From the human T2T-CHM13v2.0 reference genome, Homo sapiens: a DNA stretch of 64,000 nucleotides. The stretch lies in NCBI RefSeq assembly GCF_009914755.1, contig NC_060942.1. One strand, 5' to 3'. Made by a program: the position numbers and the translations under genes. The notes beneath the pieces are model-generated. The model searched no databases. It was not told where the DNA came from and was given only the letters and a program-made list of their open reading frames with translations. The first letter of the stretch is position 1. Every line of letters begins with the position of its first letter. Of the stretch, positions 28,690 through 41,316 are shown piece by piece.

Positions 28690-28900
28690 TGAATGGGTTT
28701 TGAAGTCAGAGAGACTTGGGTTCGTTTTCCAGAAGTACATTTTACGTTTGTTTGGTAGGATGAGGCAACTTACTTTGGCAGCATGGTGTCCTTATTATTC
28801 TAATGGCGACAGTTCTCCTTCACAAGTAAGATAATACAGGTAAGTAACCTGGTAGAGTATCTGGTGCATAGTAGGTGCAGAGTAAATGCTGGTTCTCTTC
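28690..28900 (+). mobile_element. MIR SINE
   Basis: ggttttgaagtcagagagacttgggttcg ... ctggtgcatagtaggtgc...taaatgctggttc. Confidence 0.7.
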
Positions 28901-29374
28901 TTCTTACCTCTTTGAACCTGGGTGACTAGGAAAATACGTATGCTTTTATAATAACGAAACTACAGAATTCTAGACGAGATGTGGCTGGAGAGAGAGTATG
29001 AGAAATATAATTTGAGATGTGGGAATTCAGTTGGTGGAGTAGCATACAGGTTGGCATACAGGATAACGGGTAGGTCAAAGCTCAAAGCTAGACATTTGCT
29101 TCCTGTAATAAAACCATGGAGTGGATAAGGTTTCTGGAGAGAGAATTGTGGTAAAGTAGTCATCACTAACCTGAAGTCTTTGGACACTTAGTCTTGAGTC
29201 TTACTGTTGCCCCTAAGAAGCTTTTTGACTACAGGCAAATTACTTTGCCTGTATAAGCTTTAGTTTTCTTATATTTAATATGAGACAATCAGTGATTGTG
29301 AACTTTGTCTCCTAGTTTTTAAAATAGTCTGTAAAATCTTAAAACAGAGAGCCAAGGGGTACCTCTTAAGGTAT

Positions 29375-29535
29375 AATAATAATAGCTAGCATTTTTTAAA
29401 CAGATACTATGTACCAGGAATTCTTTAAATCCCATAACAACCCCACAATGTATGTATTATTGTAACTGTTCTACAGGTGAGGAAACTTGAGCCTCAGAAA
29501 GATTAGGGGACCTGTGCAGACTCACAAAGCTTATA
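29375..29535 (-). mobile_element. MIR SINE
   Basis: aataataatagctagcatt ... cataacaacccc ... acaggtgaggaaacttgagcctcagaaagatta. Confidence 0.8.
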
Positions 29536-31031
29536 CATGCTGCCTCTTGATATGCTTGCATCTACGAATTAGAAGAAAAGAAAGTCAGTGAAGACGTAGA
29601 AAAGAGAATTATAGAGAAAACATTTTCAACATCATATACATGCCTTAGCAGACACCCTGAAATGCATTAGAGGAAGAGCAGAGAAGCATTAGGAAAATTA
29701 ATATCTGTTCAGGAAGCTGTTACATATTTATTTGAGAATGAATGGATATGTTTTATAATCTTGTGATATGGTCTTTACTATTTTAAGTTGTTTTTCTGAA
29801 CCAAATGTCCTTTCTTTAGTTTCTAAAGTAAAGATAAAAATCCAGTTACAGCTCATCTTAACTCTTCAGCTTTTCTGCTTTGTCATTTATTGATGCCTTA
29901 GGAAATTCTTTGTAAATGAATCATATTTATTCTCCTTTATATCCATAATAAGAATGAGAGAAGAATTTTCAATTTACTATAGCTTTGAGTGTAATTCTCT
30001 TCATCACTGAAGAAAAGGAAATATTCACTAACAGAAACACAGGTTTGTGATTTGTGTTTTATTAAAAGATTGAGTTAGTGTCATGATACTGTGTTAAATG
30101 AAGAATAACCTTGGTCACAGAAACTGCATCTTGAATGCAGCTCAGTGTCGTCTTAAATACACAGCTAGATATTGAATTGAACCTGTTAGAATGTATAGGT
30201 TTAAAAAGCATACAGGAGTAGATTTACAGAGCAGAACTTTTTTAGATAGAAAGGTTTGCAAGAAAAATTGTTTAAACAAGTAGTCACTTCCCACCGAAAT
30301 TCAATTACTTCTAGATATGTGCAAAAGAAATAAAATGTTCAAGTGATATAAAGTGTGTGACAAGTTTCATTTAACTAGTTGATTTCAAGTTTTCGAAAGG
30401 TGAGTGATGAAACTTCAATTCTCAGGATATGTTATAGGATTCTTCTGACCACTAGAGTAGAGTGAACGATATGTTTTAATGTTCAGAAGTCACTATGGAG
30501 TAAACCAAATATATATAGGCCTTGAAGTGACCAAAGGAATTATTCACACAGCCACATTTGTAACCTTGTAATAATTTCAGATGGGTTTTGTGAAAAACGG
30601 ATACTCTCATACTCCACCCATTAATTTATTTACAGAAAGAAATTCTTTTAGCGTCAGACTCTCAGAAATTATGATTTAGGTTACTTGACATTTGGGCCCT
30701 GGGGCTGAAAAGCTTTTCTAGAGAGAAGGCAGTGCTCAGAAAACAAATTGGAGGAAATTGGTTCTCACAAAGTCACACTTTTTATTTTTTAATTAAATTT
30801 TGTCTTTCTACCCCCTTTTTTTTTCCTTAATGACCTAAGTATTTCAGATGAAAACCTTCTAGTCAGGACTTGATGTTTCACCCAGAAAGTTCATAGTAAT
30901 AACTTTGTTCAATTAAATTTGTTACCATTTAAATTTATGAAGTATTTTCAAATTCACAGTTTATAGCATGTAGGAAGTGACCCATTTCTGTGGAACCTGA
31001 AATATGAATACTGTAATTTTTCAAAACTATT

Positions 31032-31064
31032 TGACAAAAACTGCAATTACTTTTGCACCAACCT
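31032..31064. mobile_element. Solo Hsmar1/MADE1 terminal inverted repeat (half MADE1)
   Basis: tgacaaaaactgcaattacttttgcaccaacct matches the MADE1 right arm; no left arm nearby. Confidence 0.85.
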
Positions 31065-31289
31065 GCTTTTACAATGGACTTTTTTCTTATAAAAATACTA
31101 ATTTAAATTAACTCCATGCCTTTTGATTATGCTTGGGGGAAAAAAGCAGTTGGAAGAGTCATGTATAGTGAAGATAATAGTGATGCACTGAGTGTTCTTA
31201 TAAGGCTGTTTCTGAGACAGTGACATGAGGACAATCATCATATTTGTGTCTCCTGACAAGAAATTGATGGTGACCCATGGGATAAATGA

Positions 31290-32290
<1,001 letters not shown>

Positions 32291-32312
32291 ATTTATATAC
32301 GTGTGTGTTCAT

Positions 32313-32680
32313 ACCCCACTTTTGGTACCAATTTACTGTATTATTCCGCTTTCACACTTCTGATAAAGACATACCTGAGACTGAGAAGAAAAAGAATTTT
32401 AATGGACTTACAATTTCATGTGACTGGGGAGGCCTCACAATCATGATGGAAGGCAAGGAGGAGCAAGTCATGTCTTACGTGGATGGCAGCAAGCAAAGGG
32501 AGCTTGTGCAAGGAAACTCTCCCTTATATAGCCATCAGATCTCATGAGACTTACTCACTATCATGAGAACAGCATGAGAAAGACCTGCCCACGTGATTCA
32601 GTTACCTCCCACCATGTCCCTCTCATAACACGTGGGAGCTGAAGATGAGATTTGGGTGGGGACACAGCCACACCATATCA
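32313..32680 (-). mobile_element. THE1 (THE1B-like) MaLR LTR plus about 24 nt of internal sequence
   Basis: LTR 32337-32680 (minus strand starts TGATATGG, ends TAATACA); followed on the minus strand by GTAAATTGGTACCAAAAGTGGGGT, the THE1-int start. Confidence 0.92.
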
Positions 32681-32959
32681 GTAAGGATATATCGCAAGTG
32701 GGAAGAAACGAATGAGATGTTTTCATGTTTGAGTATTTGGAATCAAAAGCATTGGAAAAGCAGCAAAATAGACATTTCTGAGAATTTAGTTGGTAGAAGT
32801 TTAAATTAGGAATATATATATGAGATATAGTATTTTCAGTTCTGGGGTGATTGTGATTCTAAGAATAGGAGACAACTGGTGATTTTCAGATCAAATGAAT
32901 AAAACATAGTAACACATATAGTAAAGCTAACATTTGATGTCAACATCGAAATAGAATAA

Positions 32960-33156
32960 AAATAATAACTGATAATAAACTATTTACTATAGGATACTGT
33001 TACAAACATTTTACATTCATTAACTTAGTCTTCACCACAAGCCTATGAAAAAGGTCTCTTAAAAGTTAATGTGCTTCAATTTAGTCAGCTAATAATTGAT
33101 AGAGCCAGGAATTATAATTGGAACCCAAACACCCTGGCTCTACAGCCTGTGCTCTC
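32960..33156 (-). mobile_element. MIR SINE
   Basis: ttacattcattaacttagtcttcaccacaagcctatga ... agagccagga...gaacccaaacaccctggctctacagcctgtgctc. Confidence 0.7.
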
Positions 33157-34169
33157 CAGTAATCTGTGGAAGTTACACACAGAGAGAGAATTGCTCTTTA
33201 CAATTCTCTTTACATTTTTACATGGATCAGTAAAGCATCTTTAAAAGACCTAGGGTCATTTAAAAAGGCCATTATTATTGCTGTCTTCAAATTCTTACTT
33301 TTTGTCTTTCTTATTCTTTGACTCCTTGTTTTCTTCTTCATTCTGTTGGCTCCTTGTTTACATTTGTAACATTTAACATTAAAAAGTTGTGAAATTCTTT
33401 GTACAGTGCCTTATGTTTTTTGGCAGCAGCATACTTCATAAATCTTGCTAATAAGTCTATAAATCTGAGAATCTAAGTTTTAGATTGTTTCAGTTATTGA
33501 ATTGAGTACATCGGCATGCTACAAGATTTGCTTATAATAAGTACATACCCGCACATTTCTATTAAGACTGCTGATGTACTGTGAAATGGAAAAGCTTTCA
33601 CTGTCATTATTTAAGAAGTATTGCTTTGTTTCCACATTCAACCTAGAAATACGTTTTAGAAGTGGAAAATAAATTCATGGAATAAGTTAGTAGGGCAATC
33701 TGTGTTCTATACAGAAAGGGAGCATTATACTAAATGGTGTGCAGGAGGTGTAGAGGAAGTGGACAGCTGTCCTTGGGGAATGCAGACTCCAGTTATAGAG
33801 ATAAAAATGCCCACAAAAACATTTGGCAGTTAGAAAAACATCATTTAAATGACAGTAGTAAAATTGAGCCAGCTTCTAAAGGAATAGCTGAAAGTTGCCG
33901 AAAACTTCCTGTAAAACTTTCAACAAGATGACTTTAGAGGAGATGATATCCCTGTTTGATGAAGAGTATATGGGAGGAATGTACACAGGGGTTAGAGAGA
34001 CATTGTTAATGTAAGTTAACTGGGCTGAAGCATGGAAGGGCAATGAGAGGTTAATGAAATGGGTTTGCATTGTGGTAAGTGGTAGCAATGAAATGTTTTG
34101 AGAAAGAAGCCAAGGTTATTTGTTTATTTACAAATTAGAATGTCCTATCATCTAGTTGAAACCACTTTG

Positions 34170-34505
34170 TAACAGTATGGCAATTATCTTCAAATATTGG
34201 AAAGGTTGTCCACATCGTATGGGGCTAAATTTACTCCCATTCTCTACAAAGAATGAAACTAACCAATTAGAAAAAGCAATATGAAGACATTTTTGTCTTT
34301 TGGTTCATTATAGTTAAAATCAAAACAAAACAAAAATGGCTTAGCTTTCTATGAATATAATGGCTATTTTGGAAATTAGTTCCTGGAGTCACTTAAGTAA
34401 ATATTGGGTCTCTTTTTGGCATTCATGTTGTGGGGTATTTCTGCTAACAATAGGAAATTTGTGCTAAGATCACTTCCAACTTGAGCTTCTAAGAGTTTGT
34501 ATGAA
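34170..34505 (+). mobile_element. L3/CR1 LINE 3' fragment
   Basis: atcttcaaatattggaaaggttgtc; 3' end taagatcacttccaacttgagcttctaaga. Confidence 0.55.
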
Positions 34506-35181
34506 ATGATTAGAAGAGAAACTCGTATTTAGTTTCTTAGCTAGAAGGCTCTGTCCAACTCCAGATGTGTCATATAATGAGAATCAGGCTGAAGACAAAT
34601 ATAGGAGATATTGCTAGGAAATAATTGAAAGGAACTGGAATGGATTCAGGAGATTAGTGTTGTCAGAGTAATGGCTCCAAGGGGAATGGGACTAACTAGG
34701 GAATGGAGCGCCTTAATGGTAAGGAAGCACCATCTGGTGGAAGAAGTATGGGGCTGAGAATTGGTGGACCTGAGTTCTACATCTAGCTCATGCACCATCT
34801 TGAGGTGATGGGCAAGCCATTTATCTTTGCTGAGGTTATATACAATTTAAGCATTGAACTAGACAATCTCCATAGTGCCGTTTTTCTTAATAAAATCAAG
34901 AATAAGTTAGGGGATGGGTTTGAAGGTTCATTTAGTGTCATACTAACAGAAATTATGTTTTGTTGTCCAAGTAGACATTTTCTTGAGGAATTGATTAGTT
35001 TACTAATAAAAAGATTTTGGTTGGGCAGAGCAGGGGTCTTAACATTTTCAAGTTACCTATTTTTCAACAAATAGCAACAGAGGAAGACAAAGAAGAAGAA
35101 AACATCTTGGGTTCAGCCAGGAAAGTGTTGCCTTTGAGACCCAGCAATAAGTATTGCTTTTTATGGAAAGCAAGTACATGC

Positions 35182-35324
35182 TTTTCTTTATTTTCATTTG
35201 TTTTTGTAGAGATGAGTTCTTGCTGTGTTGCTCAGGCTGGTCTTGAACTCCTGGCCTCAAGCAATTCTCCTGACTGAGCATCTGAAAGTGCTGGGATTAC
35301 AGGCATGAGCCACCACACCTGGCC
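35182..35324 (-). mobile_element. FLAM_C-type Alu monomer
   Basis: tttttgtagagatgag...tgttgctcaggctggtcttgaactcctggcctcaagc...ccacacctggcc. Confidence 0.9.
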
Positions 35325-36103
35325 AAGAAGTGTGTACCTTTCTTAAAAGAGGACTTACTGTTTGTGCAATGAGTGATATACTCCAAGACAATTTGCTTAA
35401 CTGACAGTCTTGTGAAAACTTCCGTGTGCTGCCTATTCAAGGGAGTGAGGTTGCAGAAAGATGTACAACCAGCCAGATCATAAACTGTTTGCTGCTGTTT
35501 CTGTACTTACCCATTTTTATGCTTCTGTTTTGAGGTTTTGTTGGATTGCCTATCTTTTTAAGTAGTTACTTCACAGAGATACGTACATACTCCACATCGT
35601 TTGAGTCTTCATGTTTAAGTATCTGCGAAAGCCGGTGGTCATACTCTAGGGAGGTGATCGAGAGTGAGGCTATTGGGAATTTCTGCCCTAGCATGGCTTC
35701 CGGCCCTTCGCTCAGTGGTTGCAGTATTTTCTGTTGTAAAATATAGGTTTTCTCTAAGGCATCTTAGAGTTCGTGAGAAATGCCTCAACTATTTCCATGT
35801 CTTGAGCCCTGCAGTATTTTAAAATAACAATAGCAAAATGAAGAAAAGCCAAAACAAATTAAAAAATTCATAGTGCTCGCAAATGATTTGGCCTGGAAAA
35901 TATAAAGATACAGGGAACATGCTTTTTTTCTGTCCTGCAGTGCTTCTATAAGATCATATATATAACTTCATTTAGTGCTTACACAAGGAGTCTATCACTG
36001 ACTCCGTGGCTCTGTCATTAGGACCTAGTGGAACTCTGCCTAGTCAACTTCTCTATCCCAGGAAATAGGCTGTTTCTAATTTTTAAATATTTTCTGATTT
36101 TAG

Positions 36104-36328
<225 letters not shown>

Positions 36329-36353
36329 TAAACTAGAGCCTAATTATAAACTA

Positions 36354-36393
36354 TGTGTGTATGTGTGTGTGAGAGTGAGAGAGAGAGTGTGTG
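36354..36393 (+). repeat. Imperfect (TG)n/(GA)n compound microsatellite
   Basis: tgtgtgtatgtgtgtgtgagagtgagagagagagtgtgtg. Confidence 0.9.
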
Positions 36394-36854
36394 CACATGC
36401 AAGAGAGATTTTTAGAAGGGAAGAGGATATACTAGGTGTATTTTCAGAAGGAAAATTAAAATATGCCTCAGAGGACTCCTCTGTGAAATGAAAATTTACT
36501 TCCTGATCTGTTACGTGGTAGGACAGTCTCTCCCAGGACATTTACCTGGCAGCAGAGCTTGTATTGCTCTGTCTGGAAGAAGGAATTCTAGTGAAAAATG
36601 GTTTAATGCAGCACCAGCTAGGGAATAATTCAGATCTCCTCTATCAGTCAGTATACAACAAGCCACATTTAATTGTAGCCTTGAAAAGCCCTTGGGGCCT
36701 TTAAAGCTTAGAGATGCATGGTCATCTTCCTCTCCTTCAAACTCGCCTTTTAAACTTTCAGCTGATGACAATTATATGTATATGTAGATTTTCTGAAGGG
36801 GTTTTGGATCCTTGGAAAGCAAAGATTGCCAACTATATGCTGGCTATTTATATA

Positions 36855-37179
36855 CAGTTATTTATCAGTTAATGACAGGGAAGTGTTCTGAGAAATGTGT
36901 CCTTAGGGGATTTCATCTTTGTGCAGACATCATGGAGTATACTTACCCAAACCTAGATGGTAAAGCCTACTACACACTGAGGCTGTGTACTCCTAGGTTA
37001 CAAACCTGTATAGCATGTTGTTGTACTAAATACCTTAGGCAGTTGTAACGCAATGCTAAGTATTTGTGTATCTAAACATAGAAAAGGTACAGTAAAAACA
37101 GAGTATTATAATCTTATGGGATTACTGTCATATATGTGGTCCTGTCTTGGCTGAAGCATTGTTATGTGGCACATGACTG
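36855..37179 (-). mobile_element. Tigger3a (MER7A) MITE, near full length, opposite orientation to the copy at 21219
   Basis: TA|cagtta ... ttctgagaaatg ... tatttgtgtatctaaacatagaaaaggtacagtaaaaa ... tataatcttatggg ... gttatgtggcacatgactg. Confidence 0.85.
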
Positions 37180-37529
37180 TTCATGTAAGGCCATCAGGGA
37201 AGGAAGAACACTTTTTTGACAAAAAGCATTGCTGGATTTTGGGCTTTAATAATTCTTTATAGATAGACTAATCCAGCAACTTGTTTTCTTAATTTTTATA
37301 GGGTGAATATGTTCTTAAACATAACCTAATAGTTTATGCTAGCCAGCAGTACTTTATGGGATGTGGAGTAACTTCTCAAGCTTCAATATATATAGCAATG
37401 TCGATCGCATAGAACAACTATTATCAAATACCTTTTTAAGAGGGAGGGGACAGTGAGATCATTTTGAATTAGTGGTATCTGAATTTCAAGAAGCAAATTA
37501 AATATTTATTAAAGTTGATCATTGTATGT

Positions 37530-37692
37530 GTGTATTTAATTATGGTGAAATTTAAACACTAAAGTAAATAGTATAATGAACCCCAACAAATAATTCATCT
37601 GTCTTCAGCAGTTGCCAATTTATAACCAATCTTGTTTCATCTGTAACACTGCTCAGTCTCTCCACCCCAACCCCCTAACCTCTACTAGATTA
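37530..37692 (-). mobile_element. L1MC-type 3' end fragment
   Basis: aatagtataatgaacccc ... ccaatcttgtttcatct. Confidence 0.65.
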
Positions 37693-38362
37693 CATCCTTC
37701 TGACTTCTGGCCTACTGGCTTTAACAAATCAGGGGGCTCCCATAACCCTCTCCTTGGGTGTGATAATTTGCTAGAATGACTCACAAAACTCAGGGAAACA
37801 TTACTTACTATTGATTTATTATGAAGGGTATCCTAAAGGATACAGAAGAACAGCTAGATGAAATGATAATTTGCCAGAATGACTCACAAAACTCAGGAAA
37901 ACATTACTTACTACTATTGATTTATTATGAAGGGTATCCTAAAGGTTGCAGATGAACAGCTAGTTGAAATGACACATGGGTTGAGGTCCTGAGCACAGGA
38001 GCTTCTGTCCCCATGGAGTTTGCAGTATAGCACCCTCCTGGCATGTGGGTGCATTCTTCTTCACCAACCCAAAAGCTCTCAGAATGCTGTGCTTTTCTGA
38101 GAAAAGCAGAAAAAATCAGAGTTTTTGTGGAAGCGCCATTACATTGGCATGATTGATTAAATCATTGGCTGCTGGCGATTAAGTCAATCTTCAGTTCTCT
38201 CTGTTCCCCAGAGGTTGAGAGGGTAGAGCTTAAAGTCCCACCCTCTAATCACATGGCTGGCTTTTCTCTCAGCCAACCCCCATCTTTAGGGGCTTTCCAA
38301 AAGTTACCTCATGAACATAAACTCAGGTGTGATTGAAAGGGGCTTGTTAGGAATAACAAAAA
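37693..38362 (-). mobile_element. MER21-type LTR fragment with internal tandem duplication
   Basis: taatttgctagaatgactcacaaaactcagggaaaca, gagcacaggagcttctgtccccatggagtt, ggcatgattgattaaatcattggc, aaagtcccaccctctaatcacatgg. Confidence 0.8.
37761..37969 (+). repeat. 103/106-bp direct tandem duplication
   Basis: Units 37761-37863 and 37864-37969 differ by 6 substitutions and one 3-nt indel. Confidence 0.95.
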
Positions 38363-38607
38363 AAATTTCAATGCCAGCATGCTATATTTTGTCCTTTTTA
38401 TTTTAGCATGTCCTGAACTCTGTCACTGTAGATCTGCCTTATTCTTTCTAAATAACAGCATGATATTTTACTGTGAATTTTTTTGTTAATTTACTTAACC
38501 ATTGGGCCTCTTTTATAGGCTGTTGTTCCCATTCTTTTCCTGTAACTGTATTTTAGTGAAGAGGTGTGTGGGGGAGGGTAGGTGGGTATGTTTTAAAAAT
38601 CATATTC

Positions 38608-38915
38608 TTTTTTTTTTTTTTTTTTTTTTGAGATGGAGTCTTGCTCTGTCTCCTAGGCTGGAATGCAGTGGCGTGATCTCAGCTCACTGAAAGCTCTGCC
38701 TCCCAGGTTCACGCCATTCTACGGCCTCAGCCTCCCAAGTAGCTGGGACTGCAGGTGCCCGCCACCACCCCTGGATACTTTTTTGAATTTCTTTTTTAGT
38801 AGAGACGGGGTTTCACCGTGTTAGCCAGGATGGTCTTGATCTCCTGACATCGTGATCCGCCCCCATCGGCCTCCCGAAGTGCTGGGATTACAGGCATGAG
38901 CCACCACACCCGGCC
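38608..38915 (-). mobile_element. AluY with exact 15-bp TSD
   Basis: ttcacgccattct, accgtgttagccaggatggtct; TSD TTAAAAATCATATTC at 38593-38607 and 38916-38930. Confidence 0.96.
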
Positions 38916-38929
38916 TTAAAAATCATATT

Positions 38930-39935
38930 CTTGAATAAACTGCTTGCGTTATAATTATTGAGCCAAAAGATATCTGCTTTTTACATTTTGCAGACAATCC
39001 CCATAAGTCTTTTTACCCTTGTCTTATACTTTTAAAAAATTTGTTCCTTTATAATACTTTAAATATATGACTAGACAAAGCTTTTCTTCTTTCCTTTTTT
39101 TTATAATTTTATTTACAGTTTTTTTACATTTGTTCTTTCCATGAATTTTAGAATAATTTTATCATTTTCTTAAAACTGCACCAGAATCTTAAGTGGAATT
39201 ACATTATGTTTGCATATTATAAAAATATTGACACCTTTATGACATATCTTCCATCACAGTGGCATATGATTTTTTATTCACTCACTTATCAATTTTACTA
39301 AAATCATATACATTCTTAACATTTTGATTTATTCCCTGGCAATTATATTATTGTTACTATTATAAACTAGCCTACCCCATTTATCTTTTATTTACATTTC
39401 TTAGTTAAAAGGAAAACTGTTTCTGTTACAATATTTGTTTTATCTCATCACTTTATTGACTTTTCTTACTCTAATAGATGTTAGGTTGCTTCTTATATTT
39501 TGTAGGTATAGCATTATGGTAGCTGAAAAGCAGTCTAGTTTTTCATTGCATTAGCTAAAAGCTGCAAGTAATAATGGTGAATAAAAGTAGTTCAATATTC
39601 ATCTTTGTCTTGTTGCTCATTGTGGGTACGCTTTTAGTATTTCACTCTAATGTGTGTTGCTTACTGGTTTCAGTCAAATGCTCTCATTTATGTTTAAAGT
39701 TTCTCCCTGTCTCTGTTTGTTCTTTTCTTTTTCTGTGTGTTTAAATCAAGAATGGCTTCTATATATTATCAAACACGCTTTTGACACTCGTTCATATCAT
39801 ATAGTGTCTCATTTTTATCAATCTACTGTAAGTATGCTGATACATTTCCTAATGTTTTATCAGCCATACACTTGTAAAATAAATCTCAATACTGTCTGAA
39901 TTTGATTTGTTAATATCTGATTTAGGATTTTTTTA
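38930..39935 (-). mobile_element. Old L1M ORF2 fragment
   Basis: ttccatgaattttagaataattt, gcattagcta...gaataaaagt...catctttgtcttgtt, aatcaagaatgg. Confidence 0.65.
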
Positions 39936-39994
39936 ATGGCTATTCTTTATCTTGCATTATTTTGAAATTTTTAAATCATATTTCCTACTGCTGT

Positions 39995-40335
39995 GTAGTT
40001 CAAAAGGAGACAGATCCCATATTAGAATTTAATGAAGAAGTGGCATTTGAGTTGAAGGAAATGTAGAATTTTTACGTTTGGAGTTTATATTCCAGGTAGA
40101 GAAAGCAATATGAGCAAGAGCAAGGGAACTGAAAGTACAGGAAGAATGGAAAGTATGTCACTTAGACTGGAGTGTGGGATATATGTAGTAGCCATTGAGA
40201 GGCAAAATCGGAACCCATGTCTCTAACTGAAAATGCCTCTATGGAGAGTTATTCTTAATTCAATAAGAAATGGGAAGTCACTAAGTGATTTTGATATGGG
40301 ACTTCACATTTGCACTTTGAAGCATTAGAATTAAC
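39995..40335 (-). mobile_element. L2 fragment
   Basis: gaagtggcatttgagttgaagga, attccaggtagagaaagcaatatgagcaag, aatgggaagtcactaagtgattttga. Confidence 0.65.
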
Positions 40336-41316
40336 TCACTCTTGAGAAAAATGGTGATCACTATCTAGTAAAAATTTCATAGCTCTTGGGAAGTATTTAC
40401 AGAATTGCCTGAGATGGAAGCCTGGTTTTTTTTTTCTTTTTTGCTTTGTTTTACTCCAATGCTTATGTCCTTCATGCTTGGAGGACTTTTATATTTTTCA
40501 AGACATGAGTATATAATGAGAAAACAGACTCTGTACTTACTATTGAAGTTAATTCATTTTCATACAAATGAAGGAAAGTATAGTTTGAATATAGAATATG
40601 TAATGACCAAGAAATCAGATGATGATAAGTGACTTAGAAAAGTTTTCTACTGAATTTCCCCTTCCTGGGGAATTTAATACCGCAGCCTTTTTTATTTTAT
40701 ATGGTTAACTCTTTTCTGTAATTAGGAAAGCACACAGGTAATAGATTGAGCAGCACTCCGAATGAAGGCTGGCAGTGAAACTGAATTACTTATACCTCCA
40801 AAGAGGGATACCTGCCATTAAACATATTGTTTAATTTTCTGTTATATAATACTTTTTTCCTTAGGAAACAACATGTAATTATATGTATAGTTATTGGATG
40901 CCATGAATCTCAACTATGATAATAGAAAATCAGATGTTTATTGCTCCAATTAAAAAGTGGGTTTTAGAAACAACACTATAGAGAGACTTGATTTCCCTGA
41001 CTCCTGACATTGACATATTTGAACAAGAATTAATAAGCCACATAATCTTCCATTTAATTTATATTTATGATGAAGTCATATGTATTACTCTTTGTTAGTG
41101 TTTGCCTAATGACCTTTTTAAAAATTATTTGGTGTGAGATACAAATTCTGAACAAAAGAGAAATATACAGTCATACCTCAGAGATACTGCAGGTTTGATC
41201 CAGACCTCTGCAATAAAGCAAATGTCACAAAGTGAGTCATATGAATTTTTTGGTTTCCTAGTACATGTAAAATTTATAAATATAATTTTGCTGTATGTTT
41301 ATATAGTAAATTATAC

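Noticed and set aside
30404-30448. Box C (GTGATGA) and box D (CTGA) as an intronic C/D snoRNA
   Set aside because: Only about 45 nt from C to D, no convincing terminal stem, and no rRNA complementarity that I recognise.
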